From: an uncultured Bacteriovoracaceae bacterium
Lineage (GTDB): Bacteria; Bdellovibrionota; Bacteriovoracia; Bacteriovoracales; Bacteriovoracaceae
Length of the DNA: 64,000 nucleotides
Direction: 5' to 3'
Assembly: GCA_938017795.1 (NCBI GenBank)
Contig: CALIJZ010000029.1
Span: 23,109 to 87,108, forward strand
The first letter of the stretch is position 1. Each line of letters starts with the position of its first letter. The notes under the pieces are model-generated. The model saw nothing but the letters and a program-made list of their open reading frames with translations, made no database searches and was not told where the DNA came from. Positions 9,574 to 18,986 of the stretch are shown here, piece by piece. The position numbers and the translations under genes are program-made.

Positions 9574-10791
9574 TTATGACTCTAAGCTTTTTATAAAATC
9601 ATCAAAGCTGTCTTGTCTGGACTGAGTGGTATTATATAAATTTGCAAACCTATTATAGAAATCTTTAGTGAAATAGAAATCTTTGATTTCATGCCAGTTT
9701 TTGATCTTGTCAAAATCTAATAAAATATTATTTTTAACAAATTGATTACGATCATAAAATTGATCATCTAAATAACGAATATAAATAGAAGTAACATTTT
9801 GTGCTAAAGCATCAATATGAACGGAGGAATTTGCGGCAAAGATAATATCACAATTAGATATGTCTTGTCCTAATGACAACGATGGAAGTATTTTATAGGC
9901 TTGAGTGTTTTTGTAATTAGATAAAATATTTGAATAATTTGGATGGGGCCGAATAACAAACTGCTTCACAGGGAAGGTATTGAGTATGAGTTTCAGGCTC
10001 TCGTTCAATCCTTGTATTGATGTATATTTGCTTAAGAACAATCCTGCTGTAAGATTTTTGCTTGGTAGCTCGACCTCTTGGACATGATCTTTTTTACATC
10101 CCCAAAAAAAGATCTGATCTATTCTTGAATTATGACGATTATAAATCTCAAGTGAATTCTTGGAATATAGTAATGCACTTGAACATGTGACTTTAGAACT
10201 AGGTTCTAAAGATTCTCCATGTGATATGAAGTAATTTTTAATTTTAAACTTCTCAGTAAGTTTAAAGAAACAAATCCCAGAAGGATTGTTGTCAGTGAGG
10301 GTTATGAATTTGGTCTTAGGAAAATGCTTTATTACTCTATGGAAAGAAAAATAGTATGCAAAATATTCTACACTTCTTAAATTTACGTAAAGTTGATTGT
10401 TTTTCTTAAAGCAGATGTTATGAATAATCTTTAATGTTTTATACATAGGTATCTGAAATAGAATTTTCAGGTTTGTATCAAGGCCGATTTTTTTTTTAAT
10501 ATTCAGTATATTGTATTTTGTATCGATCTTATTGAAGATTTTGATTTCATTATCATTGTATACAGATGTGATAAAGTCAGACTCAGCTTTAGATTTACTT
10601 ATTTTCAAAAGAGAATACAAGAAAAATAGGGAGCATACAATATATTGCAAAGGTCTAGAACTAGAGAAGATGTTATATAATTTATTTTTAAATTTAGAAG
10701 ATAAGAATTTTTTATTGAAAATGATTTCTCTACTAAGATCTTTGTCTTTTTTCTCTAATTCTTTGTATCCAACATATAAAAGATGAAGCAT
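9574..10791 (-). CDS. Putative CMP-leaving-group (ulosonic acid or CDP-alcohol) transferase with HP motif; paralogue of 12429..13616
   Basis: Shares T(D/E).NP.G, SHGE, GLFLSK, R.HPNY and DII.A.N..VH motifs with the 395-aa paralogue. Lies immediately downstream of a cytidylyltransferase gene. Confidence 0.35.
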   Translation of the reverse strand: MLHLLYVGYKELEKKDKDLSREIIFNKKFLSSKFKNKLYNIFSSSRPLQYIVCSLFFLYSLLKISKSKAESDFITSVYNDNEIKIFNKIDTKYNILNIKKKIGLDTNLKILFQIPMYKTLKIIHNICFKKNNQLYVNLRSVEYFAYYFSFHRVIKHFPKTKFITLTDNNPSGICFFKLTEKFKIKNYFISHGESLEPSSKVTCSSALLYSKNSLEIYNRHNSRIDQIFFWGCKKDHVQEVELPSKNLTAGLFLSKYTSIQGLNESLKLILNTFPVKQFVIRPHPNYSNILSNYKNTQAYKILPSLSLGQDISNCDIIFAANSSVHIDALAQNVTSIYIRYLDDQFYDRNQFVKNNILLDFDKIKNWHEIKDFYFTKDFYNRFANLYNTTQSRQDSFDDFIKSLES

Positions 10792-10793
10792 TC

Positions 10794-11486
10794 TTAATCC
10801 AATAAGTTGGCAATTTTTAGATCTATTGGTGTATCTATATTGGCAACATGTCTTTTGGTAATAATATAGGAAGTATTTTCTGGATAGATTGTTCTATCTT
10901 CCATGATTGCTTTTCGTGAAAAAGCATAGGCAATACCATTTCGATGATAAAGTTTTGAGAGCATTTGTCGAGCGATAATATCTTTACCACGTTCATCATA
11001 ATACAAGATTTTTCTCTGATTGATATCTAGTTTCAACTGCTTGAGGGGGTGTTCCTTACTATCTGTCTCGCTCAAAGTCCATATAGCATCACACTTTCTT
11101 GCTTGAATTTCTTGAATAATTTCAAGAACATCACTTCGTAGTCTATTGGGAGATGTAGGTTGAAGCATCAAAATAAAATCATAAGTTAACTTATATATTT
11201 CCTCACAGCTTTGAACAGCATGATATAAAACTTCAATATCTGAAACTAAATGACCAGAAAGTTCTGGAGGTCTTAAAAATGGAGCCTCAAGACCATGTTC
11301 TTTAGCTTCAATTAAGATTTGGTTATGATCAGTAGACACGATTGAATGAGTTATTTCAGGGATACTTGTGCAAATTTCAGCTGCTAGAGCAACTAAGGAT
11401 TTACCGTGAACTTTTTGTAGATTTTTTAATTTTATACCCTGGCTCCCACCTCTTGCGGGAACAATTGCTAAGAATTTAGTTTCCAT
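10794..11486 (-). CDS. Acylneuraminate/ulosonate cytidylyltransferase family (CMP-sugar synthetase), copy 1
   Basis: AIVPARGGSQGIKLKNL P-loop-like motif and LQPTSP motif of the NeuA/KdsB (CTP_transf_3) family; about 230 aa. Confidence 0.8.
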   Translation of the reverse strand: METKFLAIVPARGGSQGIKLKNLQKVHGKSLVALAAEICTSIPEITHSIVSTDHNQILIEAKEHGLEAPFLRPPELSGHLVSDIEVLYHAVQSCEEIYKLTYDFILMLQPTSPNRLRSDVLEIIQEIQARKCDAIWTLSETDSKEHPLKQLKLDINQRKILYYDERGKDIIARQMLSKLYHRNGIAYAFSRKAIMEDRTIYPENTSYIITKRHVANIDTPIDLKIANLLD

Positions 11487-12303
11487 TTTTTTGCACCCTT
11501 ATCATGATATGGCTACTGAGCTTATTATCTTTGATTAATTTGATAAAATTTTCATTGATTAAAGGGCTTGTTGGCCTGGCTTGAGCGGTAATGGAGTATT
11601 CTTTTTCAGCCCATTTGAAGATGTTTTCAACATTGTAAAAATGTACATACTCGATAGCATCAATCTTAAATTTAGTTTTGATTAAAATTTTCAGGAGTGA
11701 TTCTTCATTGAAATACCAACGATGAGCAGTTCTATAAAAATGTTGAGAGAAACTTTTCGGGAATAGAGTCAAATTGTAATCATTTGAATTAGGAGTCATG
11801 ATATAAAGTTTGCCTTGATCATGAAGAAGAGAATGAATACTTCTAAGATGCTCTAATGGATCATCCACATGTTCAATAACATTAATATTAGTAGCATAAT
11901 GAAACTTATCTTTAATTTCATCAAAGTTATTAAAAATATTAGATCCAGATAATTCTTTGCTGGGCTCTAAACCAAAAAAAGAACAAGTCGTAAATTTCTC
12001 ATTCATTTCATTAATTAATTGGCCCGCTCCAGCTCCAATATCAATAATAGAACTATTACTTGAAAAGTTTAAAAACTCTAAAATCTTCTTAGATCTCTCA
12101 GTTTGCATATATTGAAATTTTTCATGATAATCATTGCTTTGATAATCTTGCAGACTCAGAGATTCTTGGCTTTCAAGGAAACCCACTTTGCATTTTTGGC
12201 ATTTATAGACTGTTGCTTCATTTTTTGAAAGACCCTTTGCTCCATTACGAATTCGTCCATTAAACAGCTGCTCAGAAGGAGAATCACAAATCTTACAAAT
12301 CAT
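11476..12303 (-). CDS. Class I SAM-dependent methyltransferase with N-terminal zinc ribbon
   Basis: CKIC...CQKC four-Cys ribbon. SAM motif I is IIDIGAGAGQL. Acidic loop is FGLEPS. Confidence 0.7.
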   Translation of the reverse strand: MICKICDSPSEQLFNGRIRNGAKGLSKNEATVYKCQKCKVGFLESQESLSLQDYQSNDYHEKFQYMQTERSKKILEFLNFSSNSSIIDIGAGAGQLINEMNEKFTTCSFFGLEPSKELSGSNIFNNFDEIKDKFHYATNINVIEHVDDPLEHLRSIHSLLHDQGKLYIMTPNSNDYNLTLFPKSFSQHFYRTAHRWYFNEESLLKILIKTKFKIDAIEYVHFYNVENIFKWAEKEYSITAQARPTSPLINENFIKLIKDNKLSSHIMIRVQKNGN

Positions 12304-12428
12304 AATTTATTAAAGCAGCTTTCAACCGAGAAATAAATAGCTCAATTTTAAAACCAAGAGTCCAGATCTTATCTGAACTAAAGTGGAGTTTTATTAACTA
12401 AATAAAATACACATTGTTGCTATAACAC

Positions 12429-13616
12429 CTAAGAGCTAATTAACTTTTTGATTTCATTCTCTATGGCCCTTATTGATGATTTGTAAGAATTAGTTAAATC
12501 CAAATACTTTCCAATATGCTCTGAATTATTCAAGTACTCAATATGTTTACTAATTGATTGTTTTGATAGTTCTTTGTGCCAATTAATAATAAGACCTTGA
12601 GTTAGATAGTTATTTAAATCTTTTGGGCCACTATCAATTTCTTTACAATACATTGAAAGCTTACCATGTAGTATTACTTCTAAGTGAACATTAGTATTTC
12701 CAGCAAGTATGATATCGGCGTCATTAATATGCTCAGTTAAGCTTTTAGTGTTTTTCTTATAATTAGGATGATATCTGAAAAAATATTTTTGACCGAGAGC
12801 CTCAAGTTGAGCCGTGATTTTAGCAACTCCTTCAGAATTCATGGACTTACTTAAGAATAATCCATAGGTAAGTTTTCTTATGTCTTTTATAGGCTTAATC
12901 TTTTTATATTTTTCTTTGTAACCATAATAGAGAGTGTTTTTGATATGTGAATCTTTGTAGAAATCCCTACTATTGGACCCAGGTAATATGATAAGATCTA
13001 AAGAATGTTTTATGGCCGGAGAAATGGGTTCACCGTGACTAAGGAAAATAGACTGGAGCCTATTTCTTCTGGCAAAAGCGATTGATGCTAAGCCATTTGG
13101 ATTTGATTCCGTTGTAATAATTATTAACTTTTTTTGATCCTTAGATTTGATGAATCGTTGACTTTGCAAACGAGAATAATATCCGATAAGTTCTGCTACT
13201 CTTAATAGTGAAAAAGTGGGGAGTTTCTTCTCAAATAGAATGAATATTTTATAAACTTTCAACAAGCTCTTTAAGTTAAATGTAAATTTAAAGTTGATTA
13301 AACTTTTTGAGATTTTTTGATACGAGTAATTCTTCAAGAAATTTTCAATAGAGATAATTGATTTAAATTCGTTTCTAAGCACAGGAAAGGAGAAGATTTT
13401 TCCATCAGGCTCAATTTTTATACTCATGAAAGAGTGAATATATATAAAAAAGAATGCTGAGATTTTTAAAATATAAAATTTATCGACAAGATAATAGATG
13501 GTTTTTTTTAATAAGCTTTCGCTAAGATATGATTTTAATAATGTATGCTTGAACTCATTCTTGTCTCGAAGTATTTGGTTCTTAAGAGCATGAAAAAGTG
13601 AATTAAAATTTCCCAT
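12429..13616 (-). CDS. Putative CMP-leaving-group transferase with HP motif; paralogue of 9574..10791
   Basis: Same ordered motifs as 9574..10791 (TESNPNG, SHGE, GLFLSK, RYHPNY, DIILAGNTNVH). Overlaps the upstream cytidylyltransferase gene by 14 nt. Confidence 0.35.
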   Translation of the reverse strand: MGNFNSLFHALKNQILRDKNEFKHTLLKSYLSESLLKKTIYYLVDKFYILKISAFFFIYIHSFMSIKIEPDGKIFSFPVLRNEFKSIISIENFLKNYSYQKISKSLINFKFTFNLKSLLKVYKIFILFEKKLPTFSLLRVAELIGYYSRLQSQRFIKSKDQKKLIIITTESNPNGLASIAFARRNRLQSIFLSHGEPISPAIKHSLDLIILPGSNSRDFYKDSHIKNTLYYGYKEKYKKIKPIKDIRKLTYGLFLSKSMNSEGVAKITAQLEALGQKYFFRYHPNYKKNTKSLTEHINDADIILAGNTNVHLEVILHGKLSMYCKEIDSGPKDLNNYLTQGLIINWHKELSKQSISKHIEYLNNSEHIGKYLDLTNSYKSSIRAIENEIKKLISS

Positions 13617-14310
13617 TTGCTTTCAATCTAGTGATATCTAATTCCTCATGGGTATCTATGCTTTCTGTAAAATAATCGATTACTATAGCTTGTGACTTAT
13701 TCGTTAAAATCTTCTTTTTTTTCATTAAACAATCTCTAGTAAAAGCGTAACACACACCATTATGTTTATAAGTTGGTTTTAACTGATGGCGAGATACAAT
13801 ACTTTCACCTTCGGGAGAAAAATAGGTCAGCTTATTATCTTGGTTAATAGATAGTTGCTTGAAGGGATGGGATTTTGAATCCACTTCAGATACTGTCCAA
13901 ACAGAATCGAGATCTTCTTTTATCAATAGCTCAATACAATCTTTAATGTTTTGCTTTTTTCGAATAGGGGTAGTGACTTGAATTAATAAGATTATATCAA
14001 AGCGTTCATTTTTTTGAGTTTCAAAAAACTCTACTGCATGAGTAAGCACTTCTAGGTCTGAAGCCATATCGCCTGAAATATTAGAAGGACGGACAAAAGG
14101 TACTTCAAAATGGTGCTTTCTGGCTTCTTGGATAATTCCATCATGATCACTTGAGAGCACTATCTTATCAATGAAATCACAACTAGTTAGAAATTCTCCA
14201 GTAATTTGGATTAAGGTTTTATCATTGATTTTTGCAAGATTTTTTAAAGGTATACCTTGGCTACCACCTCGGGCCGGAGTGATAGAAAGAATTTTCTTAT
14301 TATTTAGCAT
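13603..14310 (-). CDS. Acylneuraminate/ulosonate cytidylyltransferase family (CMP-sugar synthetase), copy 2
   Basis: SITPARGGSQGIPLKNL motif. Collinear with copy 1 over its full length, by eye roughly 40 percent identical. Confidence 0.8.
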   Translation of the reverse strand: MLNNKKILSITPARGGSQGIPLKNLAKINDKTLIQITGEFLTSCDFIDKIVLSSDHDGIIQEARKHHFEVPFVRPSNISGDMASDLEVLTHAVEFFETQKNERFDIILLIQVTTPIRKKQNIKDCIELLIKEDLDSVWTVSEVDSKSHPFKQLSINQDNKLTYFSPEGESIVSRHQLKPTYKHNGVCYAFTRDCLMKKKKILTNKSQAIVIDYFTESIDTHEELDITRLKANGKF

Positions 14311-14354
14311 TTCTTGTTGATTATTATATAGAGTGATTGAAATTGCACTAAAAA

Positions 14355-16181
14355 TTATAAGATCGAATCAGTAACCTCGTAGACACATTGACCTGATTTT
14401 TTCCATGATCTTAGATGTCCATTCTTATTGATTAGGTGCAATTGAATCGACTCATTTCTCATAGAAAAAACTTTAGGGTAAGACCTGGTAAAAAGGTTCG
14501 CAAGCTCTGACTCAGTTTGAATTTCAACTCTTTCTGAATCTTCACTTAGCTTCAGCTTGAATTCAAGCGAGTCTAATGTGGATATCTCAGTAGTCTCGCT
14601 GCTATTAATTGAGTATGTCTTGAATTCATACTCCCCATCAGGGCTTACCCATATTTCTAAAGCTTGAAAAATTGAGTCTGGTAGGTCGAAATTTAGAGAA
14701 TCTACAGATTGTAAAAGAGCTTGATGCTTGCCAACAACAAAGATCTTTTGATTTTTTTCCAAAAGATCTAAAAGGTTGAATTTTCCGCTAAAGTTTGTAT
14801 ATCGATCTACAAAATCTCTATTAAACTTTAAGAGGTTATGAAGATAACTAATTGTTCCTTCTTTTGAATCTCCGGCATGTCCCAGATTTGCAGGGTGACG
14901 AATAGCCAAGGACTGACAAGAGTTATCGTCCAAGTGTACTGCAAGCATAGGCTTGAAGTTTCTCAAATGGTACTTTCTTTCTTTTAAGACAGGCATGTGG
15001 CGAATGAACTCATTATCCCAAACACCAAAGTCTTCGTGAAAACAGCGATACATATAACAAGTATTTGATTTTACTGATTCATCATAATAGCTAAAAATTT
15101 TATCATATCGATCTATCCAATTGCTGCCTACAAATCCAATATCTACAATTTTAAAGATTAAAATAAACGGCAAGATTGATGTAAAAACAAATGGAAGTTC
15201 ATTGTCTTTATAAATTGACCAGACTAAAAATATGAGCAGAATAAATAAATTGGCACAGATAAGCATCCTTGATTCAAGGATGTATAGCCCATAATATGTA
15301 TCTGATAATAAAACAGCGATTGCAACTCCAGTAGTAAGTAGGAATAAAATTTTAATTTTAAAGCCTTTGAAGATCTTAAAGAAAAAAAGTGGAGTAAAGC
15401 TTAAAAGAAAACTAAAGCCTCTTTTACTCCAAGGCATTTCACTAGAAGCAAATGGCCATTGTGCAAAATTAAAAGTTGTGTCAACTGAAGAAGTCAGGCT
15501 TGGAGAGATATAGATATATGAAAGATAGAGTTGAATGCCAACAAAAAATAATAGGCTTAAGCATTGAAGAAACTTGTAGTTTTTTTTATGTTTATTTAAA
15601 AAAATCAAAATAAGAAAAATAGGAGTAACCAAAAGGTAACTTTGATGCATCAAAGCTAAAATTAAAACCAAAAGAGTGAAATATATTGTTGCCTTTTTTT
15701 CTTCAGCAAAAATAAAGTGAAACAAACAAGGAAAGAAAAGTAAAAAGGCTTGGTTGATAGCAACAAAGTAAAAGTATTCTGCTGCTCCCATCGCGATAAG
15801 TTGAGCGGCTAATGCAAAAGAAAAATACTGCATTTTGTTATAAGACTTTAAGATTCTATATGACCAGAATAGACCCAACAAAGGGTAGATGAAATATATT
15901 ACCAGAAATAGTTTGTAACATATTTTTATAAATAGTTCTGGAGGAACAATGGCCCTAACTATAGAGATGGGTATTTGAAATAAGATTGGACCAAAGCGCC
16001 ATGTATTTGTATCTACATAAAAGTATCCGCTATTGAGGTAATGAACAATATAGCGGGCTCCATCTTGCATTAGCCCAGCATCATAATAAACACCTATATA
16101 GAACGATAAAACAAGATAAATAAAAAACAAGATTTTTACGAGCATTGATAGTTTTAATGGGCGAGTAATCTCTTTATTCAT
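14355..16181 (-). CDS. Large polytopic membrane protein with soluble C-terminal domain (GT-C-like or polymerase candidate)
   Basis: About 400 aa of consecutive hydrophobic segments followed by about 200 aa of hydrophilic sequence. Lies in an operon with the glycan genes. No diagnostic motif recognised. Confidence 0.3.
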   Translation of the reverse strand: MNKEITRPLKLSMLVKILFFIYLVLSFYIGVYYDAGLMQDGARYIVHYLNSGYFYVDTNTWRFGPILFQIPISIVRAIVPPELFIKICYKLFLVIYFIYPLLGLFWSYRILKSYNKMQYFSFALAAQLIAMGAAEYFYFVAINQAFLLFFPCLFHFIFAEEKKATIYFTLLVLILALMHQSYLLVTPIFLILIFLNKHKKNYKFLQCLSLLFFVGIQLYLSYIYISPSLTSSVDTTFNFAQWPFASSEMPWSKRGFSFLLSFTPLFFFKIFKGFKIKILFLLTTGVAIAVLLSDTYYGLYILESRMLICANLFILLIFLVWSIYKDNELPFVFTSILPFILIFKIVDIGFVGSNWIDRYDKIFSYYDESVKSNTCYMYRCFHEDFGVWDNEFIRHMPVLKERKYHLRNFKPMLAVHLDDNSCQSLAIRHPANLGHAGDSKEGTISYLHNLLKFNRDFVDRYTNFSGKFNLLDLLEKNQKIFVVGKHQALLQSVDSLNFDLPDSIFQALEIWVSPDGEYEFKTYSINSSETTEISTLDSLEFKLKLSEDSERVEIQTESELANLFTRSYPKVFSMRNESIQLHLINKNGHLRSWKKSGQCVYEVTDSIL

Positions 16182-16227
16182 TTTAATTGATTATAATTAT
16201 ATGTGAAGCTTACTTGAAAGTACAAAA

Positions 16228-17106
16228 TTATGTAGTTTTCTCTATTTTTAAACTTGTATATATCTTGATGAAGAAGAAGACTCCTAATACTTTAGAAATA
16301 ATTTTAAGCATTAGAAATTGATCATAAATTACATTTGTGTCAAAACTTTTAGACATATTTAAGAAGTAGCTATGAAAGTAATGACCTATCCCAATATTGA
16401 AAATAGTCAATGGAATATGTTCAAATGATTGTGATAGAGTCGAGTAAAAAAATAATTGCATATTTGCTATACCTTGAATATCAAAGATCAATATCAAAAT
16501 CATAACAGGTCTAAGAAAGTAGATAGTACCAGTACAGAGTAATATTTTTTTGATATTTTTCTTGATACCTAACAGGTTAAATAAGGTTTTCACTAAGTAA
16601 AAAAGAACTGAGAAAAAAGTGCACGTTAATGCAAGTATTACGACTGAAGATAAAAATTTTGAGTAAAGTAAAAGAGAGAAAATAAAGGCGGCACTCAAAA
16701 ATGTGAGTATTAAGGTTCCTAGCCTGTCGATAAGTATACATTTACTAAGTATTTTTTTAGAAACTTTTAAATCTTTTGAAATGGCGATGACCTTGTAGGC
16801 ATCTCCGAAAATAAAGCTTGGCAAGAATGCAGTAACAAAAGAGCTGGCCCAATGATATATTGTATAAGTTGAATATTGTATTTTGGTATCAAGCGAGTCT
16901 AGGATGAGAGTTTGCTTGTAGGAGCTTATGAAATTAATAAGGGAAAAGATGAGTAAGACTGAAACAATAGAGGTGATAGAAATGATAATATTTGTTTCAA
17001 AGTCATGTTTTCTAATGAAGTAAAGAGTAAGTATAACTGTGAGAAGAGATTTAGAGATCTTGAATAATTTCGGTAAATATGGATTCAGTTGCTTCAGGTT
17101 GAACAT
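16228..17106 (-). CDS. Flippase-like membrane protein (UPF0104 / LPG-synthase-TM family candidate)
   Basis: Multi-TM, 292 aa. The stretch FLPSFIFGDAYKVIAISK...ILIDRLGTLIL resembles the family core (lP..GG..R....ReR..d). Overlaps the upstream GT-C-like gene by 13 nt. Confidence 0.4.
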   Translation of the reverse strand: MFNLKQLNPYLPKLFKISKSLLTVILTLYFIRKHDFETNIIISITSIVSVLLIFSLINFISSYKQTLILDSLDTKIQYSTYTIYHWASSFVTAFLPSFIFGDAYKVIAISKDLKVSKKILSKCILIDRLGTLILTFLSAAFIFSLLLYSKFLSSVVILALTCTFFSVLFYLVKTLFNLLGIKKNIKKILLCTGTIYFLRPVMILILIFDIQGIANMQLFFYSTLSQSFEHIPLTIFNIGIGHYFHSYFLNMSKSFDTNVIYDQFLMLKIISKVLGVFFFIKIYTSLKIEKTT

Positions 17107-18911
17107 GTTCTCAACTCCTTGAAGTATTTACATTTTAATTCATGATAGTCTTGAGGCTTTGTATTTGTTTCACTAGATTTTTTAATTAGTTCATCAAGGA
17201 AAGGTTTGAATATCTTTAATTGTATGTTTTTATCGATAGCATCTTTTAGGAAGTGGCATTTGGATTCAGTAAAGTTATTGTTGGAAAAGCATTGCTTTAG
17301 GACAACCTCATTTAGGTACATCTTTTTTGAAAATTTTGTATTGCTTAGTTTACAGGCATTTATATTATTATGGTTTTGACACAACACTTTCAATTGATTT
17401 TCATATTCTGAATGTTCAGGGATAAATTCTAATAGTTTGAGGCATGTATCGATATAGGGGAGTCCCACGTAATGTTCAGATGGAACTTCAGGATTCATGC
17501 AAAATTGATATTCTTGAAAAGTTGCAGAATAGTTTTTAGCACAACTAATGTTAAAAGTGATTATTAGTAACACGCTTTTTATTCTAAGTAGTGATCGATA
17601 GAGCTTCTTAAAGTCCCATCTGCTTGCAAATATTATGTATAAATAAACAATAAGAGCACTCCAGGGATGAAACAGTGTATACTTAAACGCTGGGGAAGAG
17701 CCTATCGCCAAATAAGAAAATGTATAGAACAGTCCAGACAGGTTGAGTATTTTTATATAATTAGGAAGGTTGATTTTTTTTAAAAATGACAAGAGCACAC
17801 AAAGTAAAGATGCTAAAATATAAATAAGTAAGTACTCAATATTATGTTCTAATAACGAAGATTTATTATAGAAATCTAAAATAGGACTTAGAATTTTTTT
17901 ATGTAAAAAAGATTTGTTCCTAGTGATATTATGCAGGCTCGCTTTGTCCATCGAGCGGCCATTATTGTGATTCATAGTTATAAAATATTTAAAAAATATT
18001 ATTCTATGATGAATATATTCCTTAGGGTTTGTTAGAATGGTTTTTAACCAGAAGATGAAGAAATTGCTGGTTTCAGTCTCTGTATGAATTTCAACAATAT
18101 TGGAAGTATCGTACAGAAATGGCTCTACATCATTTGGCATATATAATCTCTTATATGTTGCATGATCAAGCGGCTCTGAGGTTTTACTATTAAGAAAATG
18201 CTTATTGGGTAATGGCTTTTCTCTCCGTGCAATGATGCCGGATATATCAAACATTGGAAGCAAGACGGCTGCTCCTGAAACTTGTGGTTTATGTAGAGTT
18301 TTATTTACAATGATAAATTTAGTTGAGCTAAAAAGTATTAAAAATAAAACGCAATTAAGTAATGACTTCAAGATATCTCTCTTTATAAGCCAGCTCTGAT
18401 AGAAAATTATAAAAATCGCTAAGATGAATCCGTTATGTCTAATTAAGCATGCTAAAATTAAAGGTATCCAAGAGTAAAATGATACTTTGTTTTCTTGGAT
18501 TTTAATGATTGCTATTGTTAACAAAATCATAGCTGTAAATGGTATATCTTTGTAAAGGTGAGCAGAGTATAAGAAGTACAGAGGGGAGATACAAAAAAGA
18601 GCAAAAGCAAAAAAGTTTTTATACCACTTATCTTTAGAAGCATTATAAAAAATAATGATTAGTGATAGTAATGATAAAACAGAGAAGATTAAAAAAAATA
18701 GCCCCATGTTCCCAGAGTATTTAAAAATTGCAAACCATATGAGTTCTATAAAGACTGGGTTCCAGTCGAATGAATGTTTGAATTCATTGAGGGCACTAAA
18801 GTACATTTGACGTGGATGACTTGAAAAAAGACCTGGGTAAAAGTAACTACTTATAAAGATTAAAAAAATAATACTTGAAATCAAGTATAAAGCTTTGTGT
18901 TTTGTCTTCAA
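17094..18911 (-). CDS. GT-C-like polytopic membrane protein fused to a C-terminal 8-cysteine domain
   Basis: The N-terminal ~450 aa are paralogous to 1064..2371. The C-terminal ~135 aa (about nt 17097..17501) carry the same 8-Cys spacing as the separate ORF 2368..2835. Confidence 0.45.
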   Translation of the reverse strand: MKTKHKALYLISSIIFLIFISSYFYPGLFSSHPRQMYFSALNEFKHSFDWNPVFIELIWFAIFKYSGNMGLFFLIFSVLSLLSLIIIFYNASKDKWYKNFFAFALFCISPLYFLYSAHLYKDIPFTAMILLTIAIIKIQENKVSFYSWIPLILACLIRHNGFILAIFIIFYQSWLIKRDILKSLLNCVLFLILFSSTKFIIVNKTLHKPQVSGAAVLLPMFDISGIIARREKPLPNKHFLNSKTSEPLDHATYKRLYMPNDVEPFLYDTSNIVEIHTETETSNFFIFWLKTILTNPKEYIHHRIIFFKYFITMNHNNGRSMDKASLHNITRNKSFLHKKILSPILDFYNKSSLLEHNIEYLLIYILASLLCVLLSFLKKINLPNYIKILNLSGLFYTFSYLAIGSSPAFKYTLFHPWSALIVYLYIIFASRWDFKKLYRSLLRIKSVLLIITFNISCAKNYSATFQEYQFCMNPEVPSEHYVGLPYIDTCLKLLEFIPEHSEYENQLKVLCQNHNNINACKLSNTKFSKKMYLNEVVLKQCFSNNNFTESKCHFLKDAIDKNIQLKIFKPFLDELIKKSSETNTKPQDYHELKCKYFKELRTCST

Positions 18912-18986
18912 GACTTCATTTTAGAGTAAGCAGTATAGTTATGCTAATGATTGGCAAAGTTTAATTAATTCAATGTGTTATGATTA

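Noticed and set aside
10488-10497. A T10 (A10 on the coding strand) homopolymer inside the 405-aa transferase gene, as a possible phase-variation switch.
   Set aside because: It encodes KKK in a Lys-rich, AT-rich genome where A/T runs of 8-10 are common, for example at 13501, 17771 and 44291. There is no evidence of length heterogeneity from a single sequence.
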